Shown: piece by piece, positions 26,701 to 40,000 of the stretch | Position numbering within the stretch: the first letter of the stretch is position 1 | How the letters are laid out: the number at the start of each line of letters is the position of its first letter | Source: Phoronis australis | Lineage: Eukaryota > Animalia > Phoronida | Length of the DNA stretch: 64,000 nt | Assembly (NCBI GenBank): GCA_002633005.1 | Contig: NMRA01000683.1 | Span: forward strand, 144,057 to 208,056 | Reading direction: 5' to 3' | Translations under genes and position numbers: made by a program | The notes under the pieces: generated by a model | Seen by the model: the letters and a program-made list of their open reading frames with translations, nothing else | The model's database searches: none | What the model was told of the DNA's origin: nothing

Positions 26701-27007
26701 AAACACTTCGGGTATTTGCGTAGTCTGAACTTCCCTAGGAAGTGAACTTTACTTTTAAAGACTGTGTACGAATTAACAGCTAATGTGTTTTGATAAAAAC
26801 GGATGGAAATTGTCCTCATGTAACAACAAATTTGAGTCACGAGTTTTGTAGTCACAGAACGTTTCCTCTACCATTTACAGAATGATTAGGTGTCAGTGCA
26901 TTTCTGAAAAGAAGTAAACGACAAGCCTGATTATCAACAATTACATTTACTTTAAATACCATTTCATCTTTCTCAAGCTATCATTTAGCTGCCAAAAGGA
27001 TGTTTAT

Positions 27008-27129
27008 TGACCATCGCCTCTGTTGACTTTGATGTTTTAGTCGGTGTGAGGCATAATTCGCCGAAAAGCTTCCGGCGAGTGGAGCGCCTATAGGAGCTGC
27101 TCTCGTCGGGCCAACAGAGGCGATGGTCA
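27008..27129. repeat. Short foldback element (18-bp perfect inverted repeat)
   Basis: tgaccatcgcctctgttg ... caacagaggcgatggtca. Confidence 0.7.
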
Positions 27130-28205
27130 TTGCCTATTTGTTTATAACACTTACATGTTCCTTAGCAATTAAGTGAGTCTGTGTGTCAAACACCATTTTA
27201 GTATACCAAGGTTCTTGTTTTGCGAAATCAACGGTTCGGCAAAGGTGACTGGCGTTGGACGCGATTACACGTACATGTACGTGTATGTGTGTGTGCCATA
27301 AGTCGGGCAGTCTGGCACTTAAAATCATGCTCATCACAAAACTTTGATCCGGATCTGATTAGCTTTGCTGTGTATTTAGTTTGACTAAACACGCCACCCG
27401 TTTAATACCTTACGTGTAGTTAGCCGGGATTTTTTTTCAAATCTTTAACTTAAAGACCTTCTCTTAAGGGGTTATTCTATGTCAAACTATAGGTCTGTCC
27501 CGGTGTACACGCAGATAATTTAAAAGCTCTCCTTTGTCCAGGAGGTGAGAAAGCGCTCTGATTTTATTGACTTAGTTTTAAAAGTTAGGCACATTTTCAC
27601 ATTGGTCGTGTCAGAAACCGCCGAGGTGTATGGCCGTAAAATATTCCGATTCCAACCGCTTAAAAATGCCGGTATCGAAAGGTATCCCAAAGAAAGGAGA
27701 TTCTGTTCGGTTCAGTATTGACCCGACGCACTTGGTTGAGAAAACTCGCTCAAGTTAAGAAACAATAACATCTAAATAAAGATTCCCCAAACATCTGACC
27801 GTAGCATATAAAATCGAGTTCTCGTTTCACAACAGCTTTCTGTCAGGAAACACTGAATTAGCATGCGCTCACACGGCCTCGGTGCCCGGTCACTTACATG
27901 TACCTCTTTTGCATCTAAAGCCGGTAACACAATGATTTATTCATTGCTGGCTTCTCCTAAAATTTGCTGTCACGAACACTCTAAAAGAATTACGAACTGT
28001 ATCTTATGAGACAGACTTTGTTTCAGTTTATTGGTTGGGGTGAGAATAATTCATTTTGAAACAGAACGCACAATAATAAACGTCAACATGGCAACTTGCA
28101 ATCCCGACTTAGACGAGATCTCATCCGACGAAGACTTTACAGGTTGATCGTTAGGTTTCACTGATTATCAGTTAGTACCAGAATACACTGATTAAGGAAT
28201 ACTAA

Positions 28206-28440
28206 TGTGACGGGACGTTCGTAAAATGTAACAGAGCAAGTCTCCACTGAGCATCAAAAATGTGTATTTCACTTCATCAGGTATACGCTCAGTTCAGTTA
28301 CACATGATAACGACCAGTTTCATGTTGGCAAAGGAAGGAAACACCCTTCTCCCAAGCCTGTCGCTAGCGAAGTGCCCGACACATACAGTCGCTCCGCATG
28401 CCCACGTAACAAAGGCGCACTGAGACGCAACAAAGACGTT
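28206..28440 (-). repeat. Rearranged 5' LTR: first 19 bp direct, then ~214 bp inverted
   Basis: 28206-28224 equals the start of the 3' LTR. 28227-28440 is the reverse complement of 32822-33035. Confidence 0.9.
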
Positions 28441-29128
28441 CATTGAGGGGCAGTGCCGCTGAATTGCTTGAATCTGATTTGTCTGTAAACGAATTGCTTG
28501 GTAAGTTAAAGTCTAGATACGGTGATGTGTTACCTGTTGGAAAAATTGTTGAAAAATTCTACAGTTCTAGACAGGATAAAAATGAAAGCGTTACCGAATG
28601 GGCTGCGCGCTTAGAGAAATTAGTAGTTCAAAAGAAAATGTCCAAATCATGCTCTATTCCGAAAGAGGCGCTGCCAGCTGTGCTAAAATCACATTTTGTG
28701 TCTGATTTGCTGTCGAATGACGTCAGCGTTGGTCGAAAGCATTTTGTGGAACGCAATAGTGAGGAATCATTTGACGAGCTACTGATTTGCGCCCGTCGTT
28801 TAGACACTGAGTTCAGCAGAAAATCGCAGTCACATCACTCTCTTGATAGTGGTGATAAAACTGGTAAAATGGTCACTATGATAGATGCTTTGGCTAAAAG
28901 AATAGAGAAACTTGAAGGTAGTTTCACTCGAAATAGGTCCAATGTAGTTTTCAACGCGAACTCTAAGTTCCGCGGACAACCCTATGGTAATGTGAACTGG
29001 CAACGTTCAGAACAACAAGGTATTGGCCAGTCTACTGATGTGCGGGCTGACAACTCTTTACCCAGATTTGACGGCGTTTGTTTCCGGTGGCATAAATACG
29101 GTCATAGGGTTGCCAATTGCACGGTTGC

Positions 29129-29191
29129 TTTAAACTTCAATCGGTCGTCGACGGGGGGGGGGGCTTCCGACCGAACGCATGGAAAGCCCCC
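29129..29191 (+). promoter_or_regulatory. -1 programmed ribosomal frameshift signal (slippery heptamer plus H-type pseudoknot) at the gag/pol junction
   Basis: T TTA AAC in the gag frame; 5-nt spacer; stem 1 TCGGTCG/CGACCGA; stem 2 GGGGGCTT/AAGCCCCC. The protease ORF is in the -1 frame. Confidence 0.8.
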
Positions 29192-32100
29192 TCAGTAGGC
29201 TTAGTAGGGGAGTCCTTTGAAAAGGAATTTATGATTGCAAATGTGAGATGTATATGTTTACTCGATACAGGTTCTAGAGTAAGTACGATCTCCGAGAGCT
29301 TGTGTCAGCATATTGGTTTGTCTGTGCTGCCTATTTCAGATATTACTGGACCTTTGTGTGTTGAGTGCGCTAACGGAAAAGTTTTGCCTGACAAGGGTTA
29401 TGTTAGTGTCACTGTTGGAGTACCCGATACCGATGAGTCAATTGATGTTTTGTTTTTGGTTGTTCCAAACAATTCTTATAATTTCAGTGTTAATGTTATA
29501 GTGGGTACTAATGCTTTGCGTGTTTTGATCGATCTCGTTGATAATGACGATCGCTCGGACTGGTTGCTGTTGTTGAAAAATGTTATGTTTAATCGTGAAA
29601 CCTCTCTTTCAGGCGTTGTTAAGACTGACATACCTGTTACCATTCCGTCTGGAATGTCCCATCGATGCTTGTATTTGTGTTAACCCATGTACATCTTGTA
29701 GTTTACAGGTTGTCACCGAAGAGTATGGTTCACTGTCACTTCCTAGTAACTTGCAGGTGTGGCCCACATTGCATGAGATTAACCCTGGGGATCATATGAT
29801 TCAGCTGAGAATTCTGAGGAGTTCATAATAAGCCCAGATTTAAGTATTGAGCAGCGCAGCCGAGCCGAATGATTTGGATCTTGGTCATGTTACTCAGGCT
29901 CAGCATAAGATACATTGACAAGGGATGCTCCTTTTAAACACCGACATCGCTCTATTCCTCCTAACATGTTGGATGAAGTTAGAGCTCACTTAAAGGATAT
30001 GTTGCAACTGGGGGTTATCAGACCGTCCACTAGTAAATATGCTTCTAGTATTGTCTTAGTACGTAAGAAGTCTGGAGAGTTGCGATTTTGCTTAGATTTT
30101 CGTAAATTGAACGAGATCACGGTAAAGGATGCTTATGCTTTGCCTAGTGCGACTGAAAATTTGCATACGCTCCATGGTTCTCAATATTTTGCAACTCTTG
30201 ACATGAAATCTGCTTATTTGCTAGTAGATATAGCAGAGGAAGACAAGCATATCGCGGCATTCACTGTAGGTCCACTCGGAGTGCAATAGACTTCAGTTTG
30301 ACTTAACCAATGCTCATGCAACGTTTCAACGAGTGATGGAGATGTGTATGGGGGACTTGTATTTGTCTGAGTGTTTGATATTGTTGGATGATATTTTGGT
30401 GTTTAGTGATACATTTGAGAATCATCTAACCCGATTGAGAAATGTGTTTCAACGCGTATGTGAGTTTGGTATGAAACTTAAACCGTCAAAATGTGAGTTC
30501 TTTAAGCAGCGAACTGTGTATTTGGGTCACGTGATTTCTCAACAACGGGTCGAATGTGATCCCGATGAGATAGAGGTTGTGTTGGATTGGCCTAATCCAA
30601 AGTGTGTGAAAGACTTGCAAAGTTTTTTAGTTTTCGTTGGGTTTTATTCAAGACATTGCATCAATTGCTCAGCCTCTTCATGCACTTACAAAGGGAGTAA
30701 CGGGTCGTAAACGTAATTCTTCTGATACCTCAAATGGACTGTTTGTTTGGGGTGATAAAGAAGAGTATGCTTTTGAAGAACTTAAACTCAGGTGCACGAG
30801 TAGCCCTGTACTGGCATTTGCGGATTTTACGCAGCCATTTTCTGTGACGCCAGCATGACGTTGTTAGGTGCGGTATTATATCAGGAGTCGGGGGGATTGA
30901 ATAGACCCATTGCCTTTGCGAGTCGTTGTTTGAGTGAAGCCGAGAAACGTTATCCTGTACATAAACTTGAGTTTCTGGCTCTTAAGTGGTCCATAACGTC
31001 TAAGTTTCACGATTACCTATACGGCGGTTTGCCGTTTGTAGTGTACACTGACAATAACCCTGTTACATATGCATTGTCTACAGCTACTCTGGATACAGGC
31101 TCTCAGAGGTGGGTTTCTGAGTAAGCGAATTATAATTTTCAGATTGTGTACAAGACTGGTAAGTCGAACTTAGACGCTGACGAGCTGTCAAGAATAGTGT
31201 GGCCTGATCACGGCCAGGCTTTGCTTTGTGGTGTTACGACACGTAGTGGGTTGGACTTTTCGTCGTCATTCCCTACTCTAACAAACGCCGAATTAGTGAA
31301 TTTACAACGTAATGATATTATTCTTGGTGGGGTGATGGAATGCTTGCGAGCAAAACGTAAGCCTGATGACACCGCAAATAGCGGTGTACGGAAATATTTG
31401 AAGTATTGGAGTGATCTGTACTTAGATCGGGAATGCTGTTCATAAACAGGGTCTCTTCAGTTGATAATGAAGTTGTTAGTATGTTAGTTGTGCCACAGTC
31501 GCTACGAAGTGAGATTATGGTGTCTCTGCGCACGATGCAGCTGGGCACCAAGGGTATGAGAGAAAATTTTCTTTGATTAGCAATCGCTACTTTTGGGTAG
31601 GCATGCAAAAAGATGTGGCAGACTATTGCAAATCATGTGCGAGGTGTCAAATTTCTAAGGGTCCATACAAGAAACCGAGGACTACCATGAGTCACTTGAC
31701 TGCATGTAGACCCAATAAAGTGTTAGTCGTTGATTTTACTGTTCTAGAGCCGTACAGTGACGGTAGGGAAAACGTCTTCTTGGTGATGACTGACGTATTC
31801 ACGAAGTTTACGCAGGTTGTTGTGACACGCAATCAAACTGCCCTAACTGTTGCCAAGGCTCTGACTGAGCAATGGCTCAATAAGTTCGGTATTCCGGACA
31901 GGATTCATCATATAGCGATCAGGGTCGCAATTTTGAAAGCGATTTGGTTAAACAGTTGTGCAAATTATATGACATTCAGAAATCCCGTACAACCCCATAT
32001 CATCCTGAGGGAAATTCACAGTGTGAGCGTTTTAATCGCACATTGCATAATCTGTTGAAAACTTTGCCAATTGATCACAAGCGTAAATGGCCGCAGTTTG

Positions 32101-32747
32101 TGCATGATCTGGTGATGTCGTATAATTCTACTCCACACAGCACTACTAAGTACTCTCCGTTTTTCTTGTTCTTTGGCAGGGAACCGAAATTTCCTTTGGA
32201 TTTTCCCCTGCGGTTTGATGCAGCAAATCCGGCATACTGTTGCACAGATGAGTATGTAAAGTTAGAGCAGATAAAATGAAAGACACTTGGCAGCGTGCTC
32301 GGTATTTTACTGACACTTCGAATGATAGAAATAAAGCTAGAAATGATACACGTGCGTTCGCCCAATCACTTCCGGTTGGTGCAACGGTATTTCTGAGAGA
32401 ACTCAGTATCATAGGGAGGAATAAAATTCAGAATGCATTTGGTTCAGTTCCTTATTGTATTGTCTCTCGGAGAAATAATGTGTATTCTGTGCGGGCGGCA
32501 GATGGTGCCGGACCGATTAAAACTGTAAATAGGTCGGACATCTTGAATGGTAGGGACTTGGTAGGTCTCTAGTATTTGGAGTTTTGCTGCTGTTGAGAGC
32601 GCGCCAGGCGTTGTCGTGCTGAAAGTGGAATGTGCGTTGTGATGTCTGTAGCCAGCGAGGAGTCTGAATGATTTCCATTTCACTGCGTTTTGTTTTCATA
32701 TTGTATGTTAATGATGTCGGGACGACATTTTTTGTTAGTGGGGAGAT

Positions 32748-33035
32748 TGTGACGGGACGTTCGTAACTTTACGCTTATTGTTATTCTTATTTATTTGCAA
32801 ATGTTCAGTTATTCCTATGCTAATGTCTTTGTTGCGTCTTAGTGCGCCTTTGTTACGTGGGCATGCGGGGCGACTGTATGTGTCGGGCACTTCGCTAGCG
32901 ACAGGCTTAGGAGAAGGGTGTTCCCTTCCTTTGCTTACATGAAATTGATCGTTATCATGTATAACTGAACTGAACGTATGCCTGATGAGGTGAAATACAC
33001 ATTTTTGATGCTCAGTGGAGACTTGCTCTGTTACA
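32748..33035 (+). repeat. 3' LTR (288 bp) of the Gypsy element
   Basis: TGTGAC...GTTACA immediately after the polypurine tract. Confidence 0.92.
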
Positions 33036-33244
33036 CTAGAGAGGCGCTATGAACGTACACTGACAGGGGAACGCATGGATATTTACGAAAACCGTTTGGA
33101 TGACGTGTCATGGTTGTTAGTGCGCTAACTGCACAATAATGGAAACGACTGACGCTTGCGTCTGCTGTCACGAAATTCTGCAAGTAAAACGCCTGTTTGG
33201 AGAAGCGCAGGTGTTTCTCACGGACCATCCTGATTTTTTGGGCG

Positions 33245-35330
33245 GCGAAAGCAAAGAAATCAATAAATGTACAAGTTTACAAAGCCTCAAAGATTTCACG
33301 ACAGATATTTTGCCAAGAGGAGTTAGAATTCTCCTGTTCCACGAATTTATACTATTTTGTCCTCAAGTTTTTCTTCATAACTTTAGTGAAAACATCCGAG
33401 AAAGGTCTAAACTAAATGCAACTCCCGGTGTTGTAAAAGGTTTTCTGCTCCATTTTAAGTTTCTCTCGGGACACAAGCGTCTGTCGCTAAACTTCATAGG
33501 CATTCAAGCCCGAAAACATGGAATTGATGAAGTAAATTAAGAGTATTTTTCAGAGATTCCCTAGAACCATGGAGTATAATTTCGGTATTATCGACATATT
33601 GGATTATTTTATGAGATCCGCCACCTACCTTGATTCCTTTAATTACAAAATTTTGCCTATAGTAAACAAGATACTCATAATCACCGCATACATGGTGAAC
33701 AAGTAATGAGAAATTGGAATCCTCTGCCACCACGAAAAATTTCAAATTTGTCTGAAGGCAAAGTGTGTTGGATCACAGAAAGCCGAGATTACGTATTGAG
33801 TAGACAAATTCACAAAAAAAATATTTTCCAAAATTGAAAAATAGGCACGATATATACAAATTTCCAGTACACAGAATCAACGCCTTTTCAAAATAAATCT
33901 ACCAACGTTAATAGCCAAGTAATATTTTCGTGTTCAGTATGTTAAATTAATCATAAATGTTTCTAATATATCTGCTCTTGAGAAATCTCTTGATTTCCAT
34001 GTATGAGGTGACCAGTTACCAATTTCAGGCGCTGCGCAAAGCATCTAGACAAAATTTGATAGCTGTTGTTGCAGAGTGAAATAGGAAATCAGTTGCTGAT
34101 ATAGTATCTACATTTGTTACCTTTTGGTAAGGGCGAAATTATAACATAATTTTGAGTGGGAGGTAAACCTCCATCAACATTCATGTAACTATTGTTAAGC
34201 GAATGAGTCAGAAAAGGGAAAATGTCTTGACAGAAAATCTTATAAAACTTAATTGAAAAGCCCTCGGATCCTGGTAAATTGTCATGCTTCATATTTTTAT
34301 CACAACTGAAGCCTCCGTAAAAAATATTGGCCCGTAGAGATTGGATCTATTTACATTTTCAGAAAGTGACTTTGGGTTTGTTTAAAAGGTAGCTGGGCTT
34401 TGAGATTGCGCGTGGATGGAGAGAAAGTGATCAAATCCAGTTAATGATTAATTATGTGATAACCACTAATTAAAATGAGTGGAACATGTTGTTAACTAAG
34501 TAATCTAACCATGACGAATAGCAACTACGCGAGCACCCTCAACTAACTATAAATAATAAGCTACCCAAGCTTAAGGACTCGACACTTGTTGGATGACAGT
34601 CATGTTGGTGAATTTTTGAACTACAATGCACTGTACTGCGACAGTGTACTTACTGTTCACAGACCCTTCGTGACACAACCCAACGACACGCGTAGGCAGT
34701 ATCCTACTACCCACGATCCAAGTGACAAGCTCTTAGTTAACTTCCTGTTCGTTAAACCCTTGCCCTTGCCAAGATCCTCTTTAGAATCTTCTGAGAGATG
34801 GCTCTGCTGTACAATTTCTTCTGTACAATGTAGCAAATTATCTATTCTCAACTACTAAATCTCACGTAAGTATTTTGAAAATGTCTGGCCAAATTATAAT
34901 AATGTACTAATTTAATGATTGCCTAATAAAACCACGTGATCTTATCCAATCATTTCATTGGCTGTTACTATTTGCTCTTTAGAGTGCCTTGACCCCAGAA
35001 CCAAAATGATGAACATCATCTAAAAATAGATCTTGACGTCAGAATACTAGTGAATGATGGTTTAAGAGTACATAGGCACACATTTTGGGCAACTGAAATG
35101 AAACTTTCTCTACTAATAACTTAATTAATATTTATTCTGACAGACATTACTCAGTTTTGATATTTCATTTTCATTAATAACAGTTCCTACGCCCATACCT
35201 TCTAAAAACCATATCATATTGAATAAAAATCTTTGTAAAAGTAAGTGGTTCACAAAGGCTTCGATTAAAATTTGCATATCACCAGTAGCTTTCGTTTCTT
35301 CATGGTCATTCGGATTCCGTTTTCTTTGAA
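33245..35330 (-). mobile_element. L1/Tx1-like LINE relic (RT region)
   Basis: LPGSEGFSIKFYKIF...IISPLPKGNKCRYYISN and IIQYVDNT (degenerate QYADDT) on the - strand; heavily decayed. Confidence 0.75.
34357..35142. mobile_element. Second solo LTR of the family at 6776-7674
   Basis: Collinear similarity to 6776-7674; ends TTTCAGA...TCTGACA; near-perfect 5-bp TSD TACAT/GACAT. Confidence 0.8.
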
Positions 35331-35425
35331 AAAAAATGAAGTAATTTTCTTCATTGCGCAGTGAAGCAGACGACGGAATTGGAATGGTAGTGCGCAGTGC
35401 CACTGTCGGTTGCCTGGGATATTAA

Positions 35426-37037
35426 AGGAGCATGCCACCCAAAAAACAACCTAATTTGTACCAATTCAGATCGAGTAGTTCTACTCCTTAACATCACATA
35501 CGGTTGCGTTACCTGATACCTGACGGCAGACGGAGGTGTTGAAATTATCCAATGACGTTATCGGTTTCACACGCAGTCTGTTCAGCAGTTCACAACACGG
35601 GTTACTGGTGTCAGCTTATCGCTTGAAGTCATCGTTTAACATCAATAAATCATCAAACTTCGATGTAACACCCGTAAAAAGACACCGAGTTCTTATAAAA
35701 ATGTGTTGTTTTATTTTGCTGTTACCGATTCATTGGTATTTAGACACACCGTAGCCTACAAAGTTCGGCAGACCAGTAAGGTCCGTAGCAGGAGTTTGGG
35801 GACTGTTCGAAGATAATTTCGAAGTATTTTCCGTGAAATACAGACAGGAGAACCTAGATTTCTGTTGTTTAGACTTGTGATTTTTTGAGTTCTAAACACA
35901 AAACGCTTGTTAGCCTGGCCAGTGTATGATCAGACATCACGAACATAAACCAGCCAAATTTCAGTGGAAACTAAACTTCTAGTCAAGAAAATACTATACT
36001 AGTGAGCCAAAGTAATGTGCACCTGATTATGTTGGTGAATTAGCCACGAAAATGCAAATCTACTTACTCGTTAGGGCCGTCGCGAATTCAGGTTCCGCTT
36101 TGGCCACAGCACCGTTAGGGCAGAAGTTGTACATTGACAATCATTATTTGAGTAATGTAAATGTAAATAAAGAGTCCCCTAACACCTAGCTGTGGGATGA
36201 AAATCGAGTTGCTTCACAACAGTTTCTGCCAGCAAACACTAAATTAGCATGAGTTCACACGGCCTAGGTGCCCCGTCAATTAGTTTTATGGCACCTAAAG
36301 CCGGTAACGCAGTGATTTATTCATTGCTGGCTTCTCAAATCATTTGCAATCACGAACGCGCCAAAGGCATTACAAATTGCATCTAATGAGACAGACTTTG
36401 TTTCAGTTTTATATAAGTATTGGTTAGGGTGAGAATAATTCATTTTGAAGCAGAACGCTCAGTAATAAACGCCAACATGGCAACTCGGAATCCCGACTTA
36501 GGACGAGCTAGATCTCATCAGTCCCAACTTCGCAGGTGAATCGTTAAGTTGTGCAGGCTATCAATTCGAACAGGAATACAGTGATGAAGAAATACTAGAG
36601 AGGTGCCGTGAACAAACTCAGACAACGGGACGTATGGAGTTATTTGGTAAGCCGGCATTCGTCAGACACTGTCGACGTCTGCAGGCCACAGACACGGAAA
36701 TGTTTCACGGCCTCATACTTGCTATTTACAGCGTACATTTCATTCTTCACTAACATGAGCCACTTCCTAAGCATTCCTGACTCTTGAGGAAGTAATAAAA
36801 AACGATATACCCGCTTTCCTCGCAGCTGCTTGGTTCGGACAAGCGGGAACGATGCACGGCAACGTAGCGGCATTCATTCTGCATATGAACCACTGACGTC
36901 GCCAGCGTCGTTTCTCACCTTCCTCACAGGTTAACGCGACACCTCTTGGCAAGGTAAGGTCGATCGTATGCGAGGTGATGTGGATATAGACCGATTAAGA
37001 TGGCAAAAAGACTAAGTAAATCGGGTGGCATTCTCCT
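35426..37037. mobile_element. Internally deleted Kolobok-like element with both ends
   Basis: TIR AGGAGCATGCCACCC / GGGTGGCATTCTCCT, with TTAA on both sides. THAP relic on - (CIVPACPN...GISFF...LRKW...RVCG) and start of a second ORF on + (GYQFEQEYSDEE). Confidence 0.85.
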
Positions 37038-40000
37038 TTAAGCACGTATCCCCCGAGAGCGCCATTACTTAGCCATAGTTCCGTTATGATTGCTCCGGTT
37101 GTCTGAATCAGACACTTGAAATGGGGTCTGAGTCCCCCCGCTCCTCACGCACACACGCACACACAAACTAAAACTGCACCCATTGTTGAATCTTGTTTCA
37201 GCCGTATAATGTAAATTACCGGGGTTAATTGATAACCTCAATATTTCCTCACGCTCTTGGTGTTTTATACTCGCGGCAGAAAAAGGGGAGGGGTCGCGGG
37301 CCCACTGGGCACCCTAAATCCGCCTGTGTTCCTTGTCGACTAATTTTGTAATACCTTTGCTAACGAAGTTTCTTTTTTATGTATTACTGAAATATTTTGT
37401 CGTCTTTTAGTCTCGGTCAATCCATACAGCACGACTACTAATCATGGCAACTCTCATGCGTTCCTCGTGCAAAATAATCAATTCAGGAGACATCTGTTTC
37501 AAAGTCACATCAAAAGCGGAAGATTTCGTTATTTGCAATTATTTGAAATTGAATGGCAGTGTAATTATGTAGTTTTGTTTTTGTTTGGCTTGACTTCGCT
37601 AGTTTTTTGCTAGCTTCGTGTACATTTCCACCCCAAGAGATTTTCAAGGTGGCTATGAAGGTTACTTTTAACCTTATTCGTAAACGTTGTGCATGGTTTT
37701 TAAGCATTTTATTGCTATGTCGTTTATGTAAATTGCGCGGTTTTTGTAAGTACCTGGTATAACGTTTAGTTTGTATATATATTGCATCTTTGTGAATGTT
37801 TTGTCCGTGTTGCGCCGTTAGTGTTTTCCTTTTTTGAGTTTACGTTATCGATAAACAGGCATTTTGCACATGATATTGCACTATGTAAAATCCTCTTTCG
37901 TTAAAGTCACCAAGGTATAAGCTTTTGAAAAATATCCTAGAGTACACCACCAATTCATTGAATTCGCAATAAATGTTCTATTCCTTACCTTATCCTAAAG
38001 CTCATAATATATGAACATGAACATAACCGATTCAGGGAACTTGAACGATCTTAGTGTTTAAAAACACGAAGATAGCGCATGGAATGTGACAAAAATGATA
38101 TGAAAGAAAACAGGCGCAAGTATTTAGAGGGAATGGTGACATCTTTCAAAACTGACTGCTGGCATTGACCATGTAATTGTTTATGATGAGGAACAGCACC
38201 TGGACGGCAGTAGCTGGGGTCAAATATGAGCTATATCGACCCAAGAGATAACGGCACAAAACATTTGTGGCATGGGTAATTCATTTACACACTGTAGTTC
38301 ATCCAGGTGTCGTATTTTTTCAGTTTACAGAGATCAGATTGCAAATGCTCTGTTGTGTAAAACGGACTGAAAAGAATGCCGCACGCCTGTCGAAACACGG
38401 TCCACCGCGCACAGTATGTGGGTTGAGTGTCCGGACGAGATACAGACGAGTTGAAAAGCTGATATGAGCGATCACCATTTTCGGGAAACCGTAAACATGT
38501 TAAAAAAGTGAAAATGCACCCACCTGCACAACTTTTAAGTAGTGCTTTTACATGAATCACTTTTTGGAGTTAGAAAAAAGGATAGGATGGAATATTTGTT
38601 TAGCATAAAATAGAATTGTCTGGTTCAGGTGGAAATTGTTTCAGTTTATGTTTTGCGTTTGAAATAGATCTTTTAAAAAGTACGAGAAAATGTTTTCTTT
38701 AGCTTTAGTTTTGGCTTGCGTATACTAATCATTTGATACCGCGCGAATCTTTCGAGTTTCACGGCCGTTTTGTCACACAATTTTTAACAAATAAGTATAT
38801 GTTAAATAACACGTCTTTTTATCTGGGTTAGTTTTTAGCCATGTGAGTATTTCGGCCACTATTTTCATGAGGCCGAAAGATTATTGCACGGACAAATGGC
38901 GCGGTTATTGTACGGTCTTGTCAACATGCAAGTAATGTAAAATAAGTTACCAGAAGGTCCAATCAACCGAATAATCATCCCTTTGGTTTGAGTTCGTATT
39001 GCAATAAATTACCAAACTCACCGTGCGTGAAAGTAAATTACTCCGCCATGTACTATTCAAACCCTCCAGAGCAAAACGTCGCGCTATTTATAATACCGAT
39101 ACTTGATGAATACATGAATGATCAACATATTAAGACGTTAGTGCTGCATGTACCCTTAAAATCATATCGAGTTTTATAAAGCCAATAGAAGGGCAATACA
39201 TCCGTACAGGGTGTCCAAAAATGTACTTTCACCACTTCAATAACTGCACCAATTATTTATTGAATACCAGACAAAACATAATTAGTTTAAATTCTCAAAA
39301 TTTTAAAGCAAAATAGTTGTATTGTAGATTAACTCGGGAAGAAAGTCGAGGGTATATATATTTGCATTTTATTGTCCTTTTTTAAGTCAATAGTTCTGAA
39401 ATATTGTCGCCTGATTGACATTCCCGTGTATACGTATACAGAGCAGGGGAAGACTCACGCCCCTAAGTTCACTAGAGCGTCGGCACGGATTGCAAAAGGC
39501 TCTGGGTTGAAGCCCCGGTTGTGGCAGCAATCTTTCCAGACGTGTATACTAGGGCACGTAATGCGACCACTTATGACTCTGCAGGCTGCCTTCTCTGTGC
39601 AAATGTGGTTATCGCCACTGGAAGTGTGGGTACATTTGGATACACGCTGTATAGATAAGTGAAAATAGAGACCCCAAACTTTGGTCTGTTAAGAGAATAG
39701 CGAAGTACATGTACTTGCATAGTTCACTTATTCGTAAAAATGGTGTTCGCGCAAGAATCGTAGTGAGAAACAGGTCACACATTGGAGAAAGCCAGTGAGA
39801 AGATCTACATGTATACCAAATTTGAAAATGTTGGGTTCAAGGATAGCGTAGCTTGAGCTTGAGAAAATTGATTAATGGAAACATCACAGTGCCATTTTGA
39901 GTCTCATTGCGCACAAAAACAAAGTTCATCGAGGTATTGATTATATATCTATAAATTTCATGTCGATCAGAAGAAAAATGCTATCTCTAGCACGAACATG

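Larger units (their letters stand above)
28206..33035 (+). mobile_element. Ty3/Gypsy LTR retrotransposon, degenerate
   Basis: Gag (28443-29198, degenerate CCHC), protease LLDTGS, RT (CLDFRKLN, LLDD), RNase H (YTDNNP) and integrase ([11 protein letters not shown]) in Gypsy order. PPT agtggggaga at 32737-32746; 4-bp TSD CTAA/CTAG; many frameshifts. Confidence 0.95.
27760..33240 (+). mobile_element. Kolobok-like copy split by the Gypsy insertion (pieces 27760-28205 and 33036-33240)
   Basis: Collinear with 36160-36615. The reading MATCNPDLDE...YQLVPEY continues after the LTR into a Cys-rich CANCTIMETTDACVCCHEI...TDHPDF segment (KolX / P2X7 C-terminal-like). Confidence 0.7.

Noticed and set aside
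38200-38470. Possible further Cys/Arg-rich exon with splice-like sites
   Set aside because: No frame reproduces the Cys spacing of the peptide family, and alternative frames contain stops.
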